Assembly (NCBI GenBank): GCA_903953055.1
Contig: CAJBIA010000114.1
Coordinates: 7,165 to 71,164, forward strand
Length of the DNA stretch: 64,000 bases
Direction: 5' to 3'
Source of the DNA: an uncultured Methylophilaceae bacterium
GTDB lineage: Bacteria; Pseudomonadota; Gammaproteobacteria; Burkholderiales; Methylophilaceae
Shown here in pieces: positions 54,816 through 64,000 of this stretch. The stretch's first letter is position 1, and each line of letters begins with the position of its first letter. The translations under genes and the position numbers were made by a program. The notes below the pieces were generated by a model. It did no database searches and was not told the origin of the DNA. It saw nothing but the letters and a program-made list of their open reading frames with translations.

Positions 54816-55997
54816 TTATCGGCTATCACGATCACGGCTTCGTGAGGTATCACGTGCTCGTGAATCTGAATTTACATCAACAGTTGGTGCTAAAGGGGCA
54901 GATGGCTGGACGTTTGTTGCCGGAGGGACCGCAGGAGCATTGGCACCAGTAGCGGAAATTAATTTGTCTAAAGGCAAGTAAAGGAGACTATTGCCATTCT
55001 TTTGATCAACAATAACTTTGCTGACATTAGACATAATCTGCTCTTGAGCATCCAGATACATACGCTGACGCGTCACTTCTGGCGCGTGTTGGTATTGGGC
55101 TAAAATTTGATTAAAACGACTCACATTACCTTGCGCCTCGTTTTCCACGCGCATTTGGTAGCCTGACGCTTCCTGTAAAAGCCTCGAAGAAGTTCCTCGT
55201 GCTTTAGGAATTACGTCGTTCGCATAGGCCTGGCCTTCATTTTTTTGACGCTCTAAATCTTGCTTCGCCTTAACTGCGTCTTCAAAAGCTGCTTGAACTT
55301 GCTCGGGTGGTTGCGCATTTTGCATTGTTACACTTACCACATTAATACCAGTCTTATAACGATCTAATACTTCTTGCATAAGTTTTTTAGTATTAATTGC
55401 AACTTCATCGCGACCCTCATACAAAGCAAAATCTAACTTACTTTTTCCAACCACTTCACGAATTGCTGTTTCAGCAATGCCTCGCATTGCCTCTTCTGCG
55501 CTACGGTTATTAAACAACGCATCTTCAACACTCTTTAAGTTGTATTGAACGGCAAACTGTAAATCAATAATATTCTCATCATCCGTGAGCATTAAAGACT
55601 CATGCAACTCTTTACTGCGACCTGCACCACCTTCCGCAGACCGATAACCAATTTCAACCGTGCGAACCTGTTCCATATTCACAACTGTCACAGATTCAAC
55701 GGGGAACGGCATGTGCCAACGCGGTCCGGGCAACGTCGTTTCAACGTGCTTACCAAAGCGAAGAACAACGCCTCGTGATCCCTGATCCACGATATAGAAG
55801 CCAGTGGCAATCCATACCAATAAAATTAAACCTAGAATGGGCAGAATCGCGATAGCTGGCTTATTTTCTGGCGAGCCACTAGGCTCATTCTTTTTACCAA
55901 AGAGCGCCTTAACTTTCCGGTTAAACTGCCGCATCACCTCATCTAAATCAGGCGGACCTTCATTGTTCCGATTGCCCCAGCCAGGATCATTTGCCAT
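54816..55997 (-). CDS. hflK: FtsH modulator HflK
   Basis: NDPGWG..GPPDLDE, MLTDDENI, APEVTRQRMY. Confidence 0.97.
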   Translation of the reverse strand: MANDPGWGNRNNEGPPDLDEVMRQFNRKVKALFGKKNEPSGSPENKPAIAILPILGLILLVWIATGFYIVDQGSRGVVLRFGKHVETTLPGPRWHMPFPVESVTVVNMEQVRTVEIGYRSAEGGAGRSKELHESLMLTDDENIIDLQFAVQYNLKSVEDALFNNRSAEEAMRGIAETAIREVVGKSKLDFALYEGRDEVAINTKKLMQEVLDRYKTGINVVSVTMQNAQPPEQVQAAFEDAVKAKQDLERQKNEGQAYANDVIPKARGTSSRLLQEASGYQMRVENEAQGNVSRFNQILAQYQHAPEVTRQRMYLDAQEQIMSNVSKVIVDQKNGNSLLYLPLDKLISATGANAPAVPPATNVQPSAPLAPTVDVNSDSRARDTSRSRDRDSR

Positions 55998-56021
55998 TTA
56001 AAACTCCATTGAATCAATAAA

Positions 56022-57149
56022 TTAAATATACGCAGCTTCTGAGGTGCGATATTCATATAGCCTTTGCTGGTGTTCTTTTAGGGCTTGCTCTAAATATTGC
56101 AATCCATCACCAGTTTTAGCTGAAATTAGTATTTTGCAAATTCTACCATATTCATCGCGCTCTAAGCCCGCCTCCAACCCTACTCGATCAATTTGATTCA
56201 TCACCAATATCTGTGACACCTCTTGCGCGCCAATTTCGGATAGCACCTTATTGACTTGCGTAATTTGTTCGTCACGATTAGTGCTTGCTGTATCGACAAT
56301 ATGAAGAAGTAAATCAGCTTGTACTGATTCTTCGAGTGTCGCACTAAAGGCCTCAACCAGAGCGTGCGGCAAGTGCTTAATGAAGCCAACCGTATCAGAA
56401 ATCACCATAGGGCCTGCTTCAGGAATATAGAGCCTTCGGGATGTGGTATCTAAAGTGGCGAATAACTGATCAGCCGCAAGCACTTTGGATTGGGTTAGTC
56501 GATTAAATAAGGTCGATTTCCCAGCGTTGGTATAGCCAACCAAAGAAATCGACATCACTTGAGAACGCTTGCGTGAACGGCGTTGCATGCCACGCTGCTG
56601 TTTTAACTTAAGAAGTTTTTCTCGAAGTTGCTTAACGCGAATGCGTAGCATACGCCTGTCTAGCTCAAGCTGGGTTTCACCAGGCCCCCCGCGCACACCA
56701 ATACCGCCTTTTTGCCGCTCCAGGTGAGTCCAACCGCGGATTAGTCGAGTAGAAAGATGCTCAAGTTGGGCAAGTTCGACCTGTAGCTTACCCTCATGGC
56801 TTTTAGCACGTTGTGCAAAAATATCGAGTATTAGCCCTGTACGGTCTGCGACACGTGAATCAAGCAGGCGTTCTAAATTTCGCTGTTGGGAAGGACTTAG
56901 ATCATGATTAAAAACAACAGCGCGTGACTCAGTGGCCTTAACCATCTCAGATAGCTCTTCGGCTTTGCCGGAGCCAATAAAATACTTTGCATCTGGCCTA
57001 TCGCGGTTGCCTTCAAGCACCCCACGAATTTTAATGCCCGCACTAATTGCTAGTTGCTTTAGCTCTTCAAGGCTTTCTTCATAGCCTATCTCGCCAAAAT
57101 CAATACTCACCAATATAGCATCGCCGCTACCTTCCGGACGATCAAGCAT
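56022..57149 (-). CDS. hflX: Ribosome rescue GTPase HflX
   Basis: GPGETQLE, GYTNAGKST, FATLD, DTVGF. Confidence 0.98.
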   Translation of the reverse strand: MLDRPEGSGDAILVSIDFGEIGYEESLEELKQLAISAGIKIRGVLEGNRDRPDAKYFIGSGKAEELSEMVKATESRAVVFNHDLSPSQQRNLERLLDSRVADRTGLILDIFAQRAKSHEGKLQVELAQLEHLSTRLIRGWTHLERQKGGIGVRGGPGETQLELDRRMLRIRVKQLREKLLKLKQQRGMQRRSRKRSQVMSISLVGYTNAGKSTLFNRLTQSKVLAADQLFATLDTTSRRLYIPEAGPMVISDTVGFIKHLPHALVEAFSATLEESVQADLLLHIVDTASTNRDEQITQVNKVLSEIGAQEVSQILVMNQIDRVGLEAGLERDEYGRICKILISAKTGDGLQYLEQALKEHQQRLYEYRTSEAAYI

Positions 57150-57204
57150 TACGGCACGACATCATTGCAAAAATCATCCAATACGAAGTCAAAAAACAAA
57201 AAGA

Positions 57205-57441
57205 TTACTCTTCATCCATACCGCTTTGAATATTCACAGCGCGCCCTGGAACGATGGTAGAGATCGCGTGTTTATAGACCATTTGTGTGACAGTATTTTT
57301 TAATAAAATAACGTACTGATCAAATGAGTCGACTTGGCCTTGCAGCTTAATACCATTTACGAGATAAATGGAGACTGGTACATGTTCCTTACGTAAAGCA
57401 TTCAAAAATGGGTCTTGTAATAGCTGCCCTTTAGGATTCAT
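57205..57441 (-). CDS. hfq: RNA chaperone Hfq
   Basis: [27 protein letters not shown]. Confidence 0.99.
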   Translation of the reverse strand: MNPKGQLLQDPFLNALRKEHVPVSIYLVNGIKLQGQVDSFDQYVILLKNTVTQMVYKHAISTIVPGRAVNIQSGMDEE

Positions 57442-57535
57442 GATTTCACCTTTTTCTAAGTAATAAATTTATATCGCCAACTTCACTTTAAGACTCTAAG
57501 TATATGCCGTTCGTTCTGTATGAATTGAAATATGT

Positions 57536-58930
57536 TTAAGCGCAAAATACTGACATGCGTTTCAAGGTCTCTTCTTTGCCCAACAATTGCATGACCGCAT
57601 CAATACTTGGAGATTGAGCGCCGCCAGTGACCATTACGCGAAGCGGCATAGCGACTTTTGGAAACTTCAATGCGTTCTTAAGGACAGTTTGCTCAATCAC
57701 ACCATGAATGGCTTCAGCAGTCCAGTCCGTTGAAGATAACTCTGCAAGCATCGTTTTAATGATGGGTAAAATTTCATTTGGTAAATGCTTCTCAACAGCT
57801 GCAGCATCAGCTATTGGCTGGCTATAAAAATACTCGATGCTCGTAGCAAGATCATTTAGCGTATTGGCACGATCACGATATAGACTAATTACCCCATTCA
57901 AAGCAGGCCCGCCGTCTGTTTTAATGGCTTTAGCCATAAGACGCTTATTAATGTCTATTGCCAATGCATTCAAGTCTGCTTGCTTGATGTAATGCGCGTT
58001 AATCCAATTTAACTTTTCGGTATTAAATTGCGCTGCTGATGGCGTTATATGGTCCAAATCAAACCATTCACAGAATTGCTTCATATTGAAAATTTCATCA
58101 TCGCCATGTGACCAGCCCAAACGAGCCAAGTAATTCAAGATCGCTTCTGGTAGGTAGCCATCTTCGTTATACTGCATCACACTAACAGCGCCGTGACGTT
58201 TTGATAACTTTTGGCCATCATCGCCTAAAATCATCGACAAATGCGCATACTGAGGAATGGTTGCGCCAAGGGCTTTAAGCATATTGATTTGACGCGGTGT
58301 GTTATTCACGTGATCATCACCGCGAATCACCTGTGTAATACCCATTTCCCAGTCGTCGACGACTACGCAGAAGTTATAGGTTGGCGTACCGTCACCGCGG
58401 GCAATAATCAAATCGTCCAACTCTTCATTGGAAATGGCGATATGCCCTTTAACTAGATCATCCCACTCCACCAATCCTGCTTTAGGGTTTTTAAAGCGAA
58501 TAACCGGTTGAACACCCACAGGCACTTCTGGAAATACTTTCCCATCTTCAGGTCTCCATCGACCATCATAGCGAGGTTTTATGCCATCTTGCATTTGACG
58601 CTCACGCAAAGCATCCAACTCTTCTTTGCTCGAGTAACACAAATAAGCATGGCCTTCAGTCAACATCTTTTGAATAATTTCTTTATATCTATCCATACGC
58701 TGCATTTGATAGAACGGCCCTTCATTCCAATCAAGTCCAAGCCAAGACATGCCGTCTAAGATTGCTTGAACAGCTTCAGGTGTAGAGCGTGCAACATCGG
58801 TATCTTCGATGCGCAAAATAAACTGGCCTTTGAATTTACGGGCATAAGCCCATGAGAATAAAGCGGTTCTAGCCCCGCCAATATGCAGGAATCCAGTAGG
58901 ACTGGGGGCAAATCTAGTACGAACTGTCAT
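57536..58930 (-). CDS. gltX: Glutamate-tRNA ligase
   Basis: RFAPSPTG, HIGG, IRGDDH, KLSKR, anticodon-binding domain present. Confidence 0.98.
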   Translation of the reverse strand: MTVRTRFAPSPTGFLHIGGARTALFSWAYARKFKGQFILRIEDTDVARSTPEAVQAILDGMSWLGLDWNEGPFYQMQRMDRYKEIIQKMLTEGHAYLCYSSKEELDALRERQMQDGIKPRYDGRWRPEDGKVFPEVPVGVQPVIRFKNPKAGLVEWDDLVKGHIAISNEELDDLIIARGDGTPTYNFCVVVDDWEMGITQVIRGDDHVNNTPRQINMLKALGATIPQYAHLSMILGDDGQKLSKRHGAVSVMQYNEDGYLPEAILNYLARLGWSHGDDEIFNMKQFCEWFDLDHITPSAAQFNTEKLNWINAHYIKQADLNALAIDINKRLMAKAIKTDGGPALNGVISLYRDRANTLNDLATSIEYFYSQPIADAAAVEKHLPNEILPIIKTMLAELSSTDWTAEAIHGVIEQTVLKNALKFPKVAMPLRVMVTGGAQSPSIDAVMQLLGKEETLKRMSVFCA

Positions 58931-59070
58931 TTTTATAATTATCTTTTTATAGATTTAATAAGTAAATTTTATCACGTCAAGCTAAACGCTAGAAGGAAAG
59001 AGGATTTGTTTGACCAAAAAAATAAGGCTATGATCTAATCAAGACTTAATCAAAAAGCAGACAAAAACAC

Positions 59071-59364
59071 ATGCCTCAAAATTTGACTGACATTATTGGC
59101 TATTGCGCTGCATTTCTAACCACTATTGCTTTTGCACCACAAGCCTATCAATCATGGAAAACACGCAATCTAGATGGCATTTCATTGACAATGTACAGCT
59201 TATTTACAACAGGCGTCGCGCTCTGGTTTTTTTATGGATTGCTCATTCACAGTATGCCAATTATTTTCGCCAACACGATTACGCTTTTTTTATCATCCTC
59301 AATCATGTACCTAAAAATCAAACAGGTGTTAAAGCGAAAACATATTAGCTTTACATTGAAATAA
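59071..59364 (+). CDS. SemiSWEET (PQ-loop, 3-TM) transporter
   Basis: TTIAFAPQ, GISLTMY, LWFFYG, PIIFAN. Confidence 0.9.
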   Translation: MPQNLTDIIGYCAAFLTTIAFAPQAYQSWKTRNLDGISLTMYSLFTTGVALWFFYGLLIHSMPIIFANTITLFLSSSIMYLKIKQVLKRKHISFTLK

Positions 59365-59366
59365 AG

Positions 59367-60785
59367 CTAGTTAGGGTCTGTGGTTGCCCAGCCCCCACCC
59401 AAAGCTTTGAAAAGCTCAACTGTGGAGGCCAACCTAGCTTGGCGACTTTGTATGTAGGCTAATGAAGCATCATTGAAGACTCGCTGTGCATCTAAGACCT
59501 CTAAGTAGCCCGTATAGCCAGATTTGTATCGACTGTTCGCAATTTCTAATGCATTACTTGAAGACTGTTGACTTAAATTAAGTGCATTTTCACGCTCTGT
59601 ATTTTGACGCACATTCACCAAAGCATCGTTCACCTCTTCAAACGCATGTTGAACTGCGCGTTCATAGCTAGCCAATAATTGCTTTTGCTCCGCTGTCGCC
59701 TGATCGACTTTTGAATTTAAACGACCAGAGTCAAATACCGGTAGATTCAAACTCAATCCGCCGTTCCAAATTCTCGCTGCGGACTTTAACACTTCGCCCA
59801 AATCTTTACTTTCTCCACCCAATCCAGCAGTCAGGGAAATGGTTGGGAATAAAGCAGCTTTTGCAACCCCAATTCGCGCATTCGCAGCAATGAGATTTTG
59901 TTCAGCCTGCCGCACATCAGGTCGTGCTTCTAGCAATGTAGAAGGCAAACCCACCGGTGGCACTGGTGGGATAGGAAGTGAATGAATATCACCTGCCCCT
60001 ATTTTTAAATCTAAATCACCAGTCAAAATGGCTAATTGATGCTCGATGACAGCGCGTTGACGAATTAGGTCAGCTAGCTGCGCCTTCAAGTTGGTGAAGG
60101 CAGCTTCAGCTTGATGTACATCGAGAGCTGAAGAAACGCCACCTTCCAAACGCCTCTTGGTCAAAGCCAAGCTATCCTCACGAATTTGCATGCTAGATTT
60201 AGATAATTCAATTTGCGAATCCAAACTTCGAAGCAATAAATAGTCGCCAGTGATTAGACTTTTAAGTGACAAATCGACCGTTTCTTTTGCGAACCTTGAA
60301 GCCAAAGCTTGCGCTCTTGCTGATTCTTGGGCTCTACGTAATTTACCCCAAAAATCCAATTCAAAAGTCGTGCCTAATTTAACGTTGTAATTACTCCTGG
60401 TTGGACTCATGCCATTAAATAAAGGGGTAGCACCCAATTCTGTTATCTTATAACGACTTGCACTTGAATCGAGATTCACCTGAGGAAACAAAGCCGCCCC
60501 TACTTCACTCAAATAACCATCCGCCTCTTCAATACGCGCAACCGCAATTTTAATGTCTGCGTTGTATTTATTTGTTTTCTCGATCAAATCATCAAGAACA
60601 GGGTCGTGATAAAGCTTCCACCATTGGTTGCTGATGACCTCTGCATTCTCATTAACTTGCGCTTCCTGAAAGCTTTTTGGCAATAGTTGTTGAGGCCTTA
60701 TGTAGTCTGGGCCCAAAGCTTTGCAGCCTGCTAATAAAATACTTGGCAAGACAATAGACATTTCAAATAAACGTTTTAATCTCAT
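59367..60785 (-). CDS. Outer membrane factor lipoprotein (OprM/NodT family)
   Basis: Lipobox LAGC, WWxxYxDP, ELDFWG, RPDV, LFKALGGGW. Confidence 0.95.
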   Translation of the reverse strand: MRLKRLFEMSIVLPSILLAGCKALGPDYIRPQQLLPKSFQEAQVNENAEVISNQWWKLYHDPVLDDLIEKTNKYNADIKIAVARIEEADGYLSEVGAALFPQVNLDSSASRYKITELGATPLFNGMSPTRSNYNVKLGTTFELDFWGKLRRAQESARAQALASRFAKETVDLSLKSLITGDYLLLRSLDSQIELSKSSMQIREDSLALTKRRLEGGVSSALDVHQAEAAFTNLKAQLADLIRQRAVIEHQLAILTGDLDLKIGAGDIHSLPIPPVPPVGLPSTLLEARPDVRQAEQNLIAANARIGVAKAALFPTISLTAGLGGESKDLGEVLKSAARIWNGGLSLNLPVFDSGRLNSKVDQATAEQKQLLASYERAVQHAFEEVNDALVNVRQNTERENALNLSQQSSSNALEIANSRYKSGYTGYLEVLDAQRVFNDASLAYIQSRQARLASTVELFKALGGGWATTDPN

Positions 60786-63700
60786 TAGATTTCTTTCTCT
60801 ATCGATTCTTCAATTTCAACATGGCCGTGATGCCGAACATGTTTACCACTCAACCACGTAAAGAATAATGGAATAAAGATAGTGGCAATAAACGTGGCTA
60901 GAATCATGCCCCCGAATACACCGGTCCCCATAGAGCGTCGTGCTGCAGCCCCAGCGCCTGTTGCAACAACTAGCGGCAAGATTCCTAGAACAAAAGCCAT
61001 AGAGGTCATTACAATTGGACGGAAACGCATTCGAGCTGCTTCAATAGCAGCTGCACCAACTGGCATGCCCTCCTCCATTTTTTGCTCTGCGAACTCAACA
61101 ATCAAAATCGCATTTTTAGCTGCCAAACCAATTAAGGTAATTAAGCCAATCTGAAAGTAAATATCATTTGGCATGCCACGAAGCAGAACAGCTAATAGCG
61201 CACCTGCTAACGCGAACGGGACGGCCATGATGACGGCCAAAGGTAAGGCCCATGTCTCAAACTGAGCTGCCAAAATCAAGAACACCATAATGATCGCGAA
61301 TCCAAACGCAAACAATGCGGCTGAGCCAGTGCGCTTCTCTTGATAAGCTTGCCCTGTCCAAGCAATTTTATAGCCATCAGGTAAGTTTTCTTTAGCAATT
61401 CGCTCTACAGTCTTGATTGCGTCACCAGAGCTTACGCCAGGCGCGCCACTACCGAAAACTTTAGCTGATAATAGTCCGTTGTAGCGCTCCAACTGCTCCG
61501 CACCGACAATATTGCTGACTTTGCTTAAGGTAGAAAGTGGAATCATATTTCCATTAGGATTGGCAGTTGTAGGCTGACTTCGAACGTAAACCTTTCCTAA
61601 GTCTTCAGGGTTCATTCTAAACTCAGACTCTGCTTGCAACTGCACGCGATAAGTCCGCCCATTGCGATTAAAGTCATTCACGTAGAATGCTCCCATCGTG
61701 CTTTGAAGAGTCGCATAAATATCCGAAATACGAACCCCTTGTGAGATTGCCTTTGCCTCATCCACTTCAATTAAAAGCTGTGGCACTGTTGGGCGAAAGA
61801 ATGAATTTAAACCCGTTAGTGAAGGCTCAGCACGCATCGCATCGATAAAACCGTTCATTACCGCAGCTAATTTAATAGGGTTAGTATCGCGCTGGCTTTG
61901 CACGTAGACCTCAAACCCGCCTGAAGAGCCTAAACCTCGAATGGCTGGCGGATTTACTGCAATAGCCAGTCCATCCGGTTGACTCATGCCAATCCCAAAC
62001 AACTTCCCAACAATATCAGTTGCGCTTGTTTCACGAAGCTTCCAATCTTTTAAGCGTACAAACATGGTTGCTGAATTGGTTTTATTAGCGCCTGTTAGCA
62101 ACTCAAATCCATTCACTGCAAACTCATGCGCAACGGCTGGATCGTGTGCAATCGCAGATCTAATAGCTTCTGTTGTTTTTGACGTGCGGCTTAAGGTGGC
62201 GCCATCGGGCATAATTACCACAGTCACTACATAGCCTTGATCTTCGGCTGGCACGAAACTTCCCGGCACCATTTTAAACAGCACTGCAACCACGATAAGA
62301 ATTGAAGAGAAAGCCAGCGCGCCAATAATTTTATGTTTTAAAGTCAACTGAACCGTGTCAGTGTAAAAGTCTCTTAACCGACTGAATCCATTATTGAATT
62401 TTTTAAAGAAAATATTCTCATCATGAGATTTTTTCAAAATCATTGCGCACAAAGCTGGCGTTAGCGTTAAAGCAACAATCCCTGAAATCACTACAGCAAT
62501 TGCGACTGTTACGGCAAACTGACGATATAACTCACCCGCAATACCCCCTTGGAATGCAACTGGCACGAATACCGCACAAAGGACCAGCACAATCGCAACA
62601 ACGGCAGCCGACACCTGACTAATCGATTTAATCGCAGCAGGTAATGGCGCCATATTTTCTTCGGCCATTAATCGTTCAGTGTTTTCTAAGACCACGATCG
62701 CATCATCAACAACGATACCAATCGCGAGAATCATGGCAAATAAAGTGAGTAAATTAATGGAGAAGCCAAAAAGATAAAGGCCTGCAAATGTACCAATCAA
62801 AGAGATAGGCACCGCGATAATAGGAATCAAGGTCGCGCGCCAGCTTTGTAAGAACAAGAAAACAACCAACACAACCAATAATAAGGCTTCAGCGAAAGTA
62901 TGGAAGACCTCACTAATGGTCGCCTTGACGAAGTCACTGGTGTCATAAGGAATGGTATATTTCATGCCTGCCGGAAACGCAGCTTTAAGCTCCTCCATCT
63001 TTTGTTTGATATTTTTAGCTGTATCAAGGGCATTGGCCCCTGTTTGCAAAAAGATAGGAATTGCAACGCCTGGGGTTCCATCTAGCGTTGAAGCAACATT
63101 ATAGTTTTGTGCGCCAAGCTCTATGCGTGCTACATCTTTTAAATATAGAACACCGTTTGGGCCGTTGGCTTTGATGATGATATTACCGAACTGCTCCGGA
63201 TCAACTAAGCGACCTTTTGCTGTTACTGTATATACAAGTTGTTGATTGGAAGGAGCAGGCTCTTGGCCAATCTTACCCGCGGCATATTGATTATTTTGAG
63301 AAGTTATCGCACTCGAAATATCCGTTGTACTAACTCCGAGTTGCGCCATGCGATCAGGGCGAAGCCAAACACGCATTGAATAGTCTTGCCCGCCAAAAAT
63401 TGTGGCATCACCCACGCCTTTAACACGCTTAATCTCATCCATCACATTAAGTGTGGCGTAATTACTCAGAAATAGTCGATTATGATTTTGATCTGTCGAA
63501 GTAAGCATCACAACAAGCAAAATGTCGTTCGATTTTTTCTGAACGATTAAACCGTTGCGACGAACTTCATCAGGGAGTCTTGGTGTGGCGATATTAACGC
63601 GGTTACTAACGTTAAATGTTGCTTGGTCTACATTAGTACCTATCTCGAAAGTGGCTGTAATGACTAAGGTGCCGCTAGAGTCAGCGCTAGAGTTGAAATA

Positions 63701-63937
63701 AAGTAAGTTATCAACCCCGCTTAATTGCTCCTCAATAGGTGCAGCAACCGTTTTTGATAGTGTATCTGCACTGGCGCCAGGATAAACTGCAGTAATAGTA
63801 ACGGTGGGCGGTGCGATTTGTGGATACTGAGCAATTGGGAGCTTAAAAGCCGCCGCTAAGCCAGATAAAACGATAATAATAGATAAAACCGAGGCGAAAA
63901 TCGGGCGCGTTATAAAAAAGCGGGTAAAGTTTTTCAT
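60785..63937 (-). CDS. HAE1 family RND efflux permease (AcrB/MexB-like)
   Basis: FFITRPIFA, GIVVDDAIVV, GLAAKNAILIVEFA, RFRPIVMTS. Confidence 0.96.
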   Translation of the reverse strand: MKNFTRFFITRPIFASVLSIIIVLSGLAAAFKLPIAQYPQIAPPTVTITAVYPGASADTLSKTVAAPIEEQLSGVDNLLYFNSSADSSGTLVITATFEIGTNVDQATFNVSNRVNIATPRLPDEVRRNGLIVQKKSNDILLVVMLTSTDQNHNRLFLSNYATLNVMDEIKRVKGVGDATIFGGQDYSMRVWLRPDRMAQLGVSTTDISSAITSQNNQYAAGKIGQEPAPSNQQLVYTVTAKGRLVDPEQFGNIIIKANGPNGVLYLKDVARIELGAQNYNVASTLDGTPGVAIPIFLQTGANALDTAKNIKQKMEELKAAFPAGMKYTIPYDTSDFVKATISEVFHTFAEALLLVVLVVFLFLQSWRATLIPIIAVPISLIGTFAGLYLFGFSINLLTLFAMILAIGIVVDDAIVVLENTERLMAEENMAPLPAAIKSISQVSAAVVAIVLVLCAVFVPVAFQGGIAGELYRQFAVTVAIAVVISGIVALTLTPALCAMILKKSHDENIFFKKFNNGFSRLRDFYTDTVQLTLKHKIIGALAFSSILIVVAVLFKMVPGSFVPAEDQGYVVTVVIMPDGATLSRTSKTTEAIRSAIAHDPAVAHEFAVNGFELLTGANKTNSATMFVRLKDWKLRETSATDIVGKLFGIGMSQPDGLAIAVNPPAIRGLGSSGGFEVYVQSQRDTNPIKLAAVMNGFIDAMRAEPSLTGLNSFFRPTVPQLLIEVDEAKAISQGVRISDIYATLQSTMGAFYVNDFNRNGRTYRVQLQAESEFRMNPEDLGKVYVRSQPTTANPNGNMIPLSTLSKVSNIVGAEQLERYNGLLSAKVFGSGAPGVSSGDAIKTVERIAKENLPDGYKIAWTGQAYQEKRTGSAALFAFGFAIIMVFLILAAQFETWALPLAVIMAVPFALAGALLAVLLRGMPNDIYFQIGLITLIGLAAKNAILIVEFAEQKMEEGMPVGAAAIEAARMRFRPIVMTSMAFVLGILPLVVATGAGAAARRSMGTGVFGGMILATFIATIFIPLFFTWLSGKHVRHHGHVEIEESIEKEI

Positions 63938-63943
63938 GTTTAA

Positions 63944-64000
63944 CTACTTAGTCTTAGCAGCAGGAAGATCAACGGGAGCGGTTGGGGCAGTACCGAATGG
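63944..64000 (-). CDS. C-terminal end of an upstream gene, probably the RND periplasmic adaptor (truncated by window edge)
   Basis: Open frame PFGTAPTAPVDLPAAKTK* ends 6 bp before the RND start. Identity is inferred from position only. Confidence 0.5.
   Translation of the reverse strand, partial: PFGTAPTAPVDLPAAKTK

Overview
This window is mostly conserved core chromosome from a betaproteobacterial methylotroph, most likely a compact Methylophilaceae genome. That assignment is inferred from the H4MPT/methylofuran genes, the two-subunit pyruvate carboxylase, the PQQ dehydrogenase and the very short intergenic spacers. It spans the replication terminus: a dif site at 10621-10648, with gene orientation and the KOPS motifs I spotted converging on it. 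Left to right: partial PQQ dehydrogenase and TauE; tRNA-Glu and tRNA-Ala; queF; smc-zipA-ligA-TPR; dif; the yceD-rpmF-plsX-fab-pabC-mltG-tmk-holB-tatD operon; pycAB-maf-methyltransferase; the rpsB-tsf-pyrH-frr-uppS-cdsA-dxr-rseP-bamA-skp-lpxD-fabZ-lpxA-lpxB-rnhB operon; map-glnD; mtaD-ubiG-gph; an afp/dmrB-orf20-orf19-orf22 cofactor cassette fused to the end of hfq-hflXKC-hisZ-purA; gltX; SemiSWEET; and an RND efflux pump. I found no mobile element, prophage, CRISPR array or defence system, and no clearly new multi-gene system. The best leads are a PQQ enzyme with Gly in place of the catalytic Asp (WGYD), a clamp-binding-like N-terminal extension on LigA, the purA-coupled methanopterin cassette, two orphan exported proteins flanking dif, and a phased AT-rich patch inside smc. 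All calls are by motif recognition; no database searches were run.
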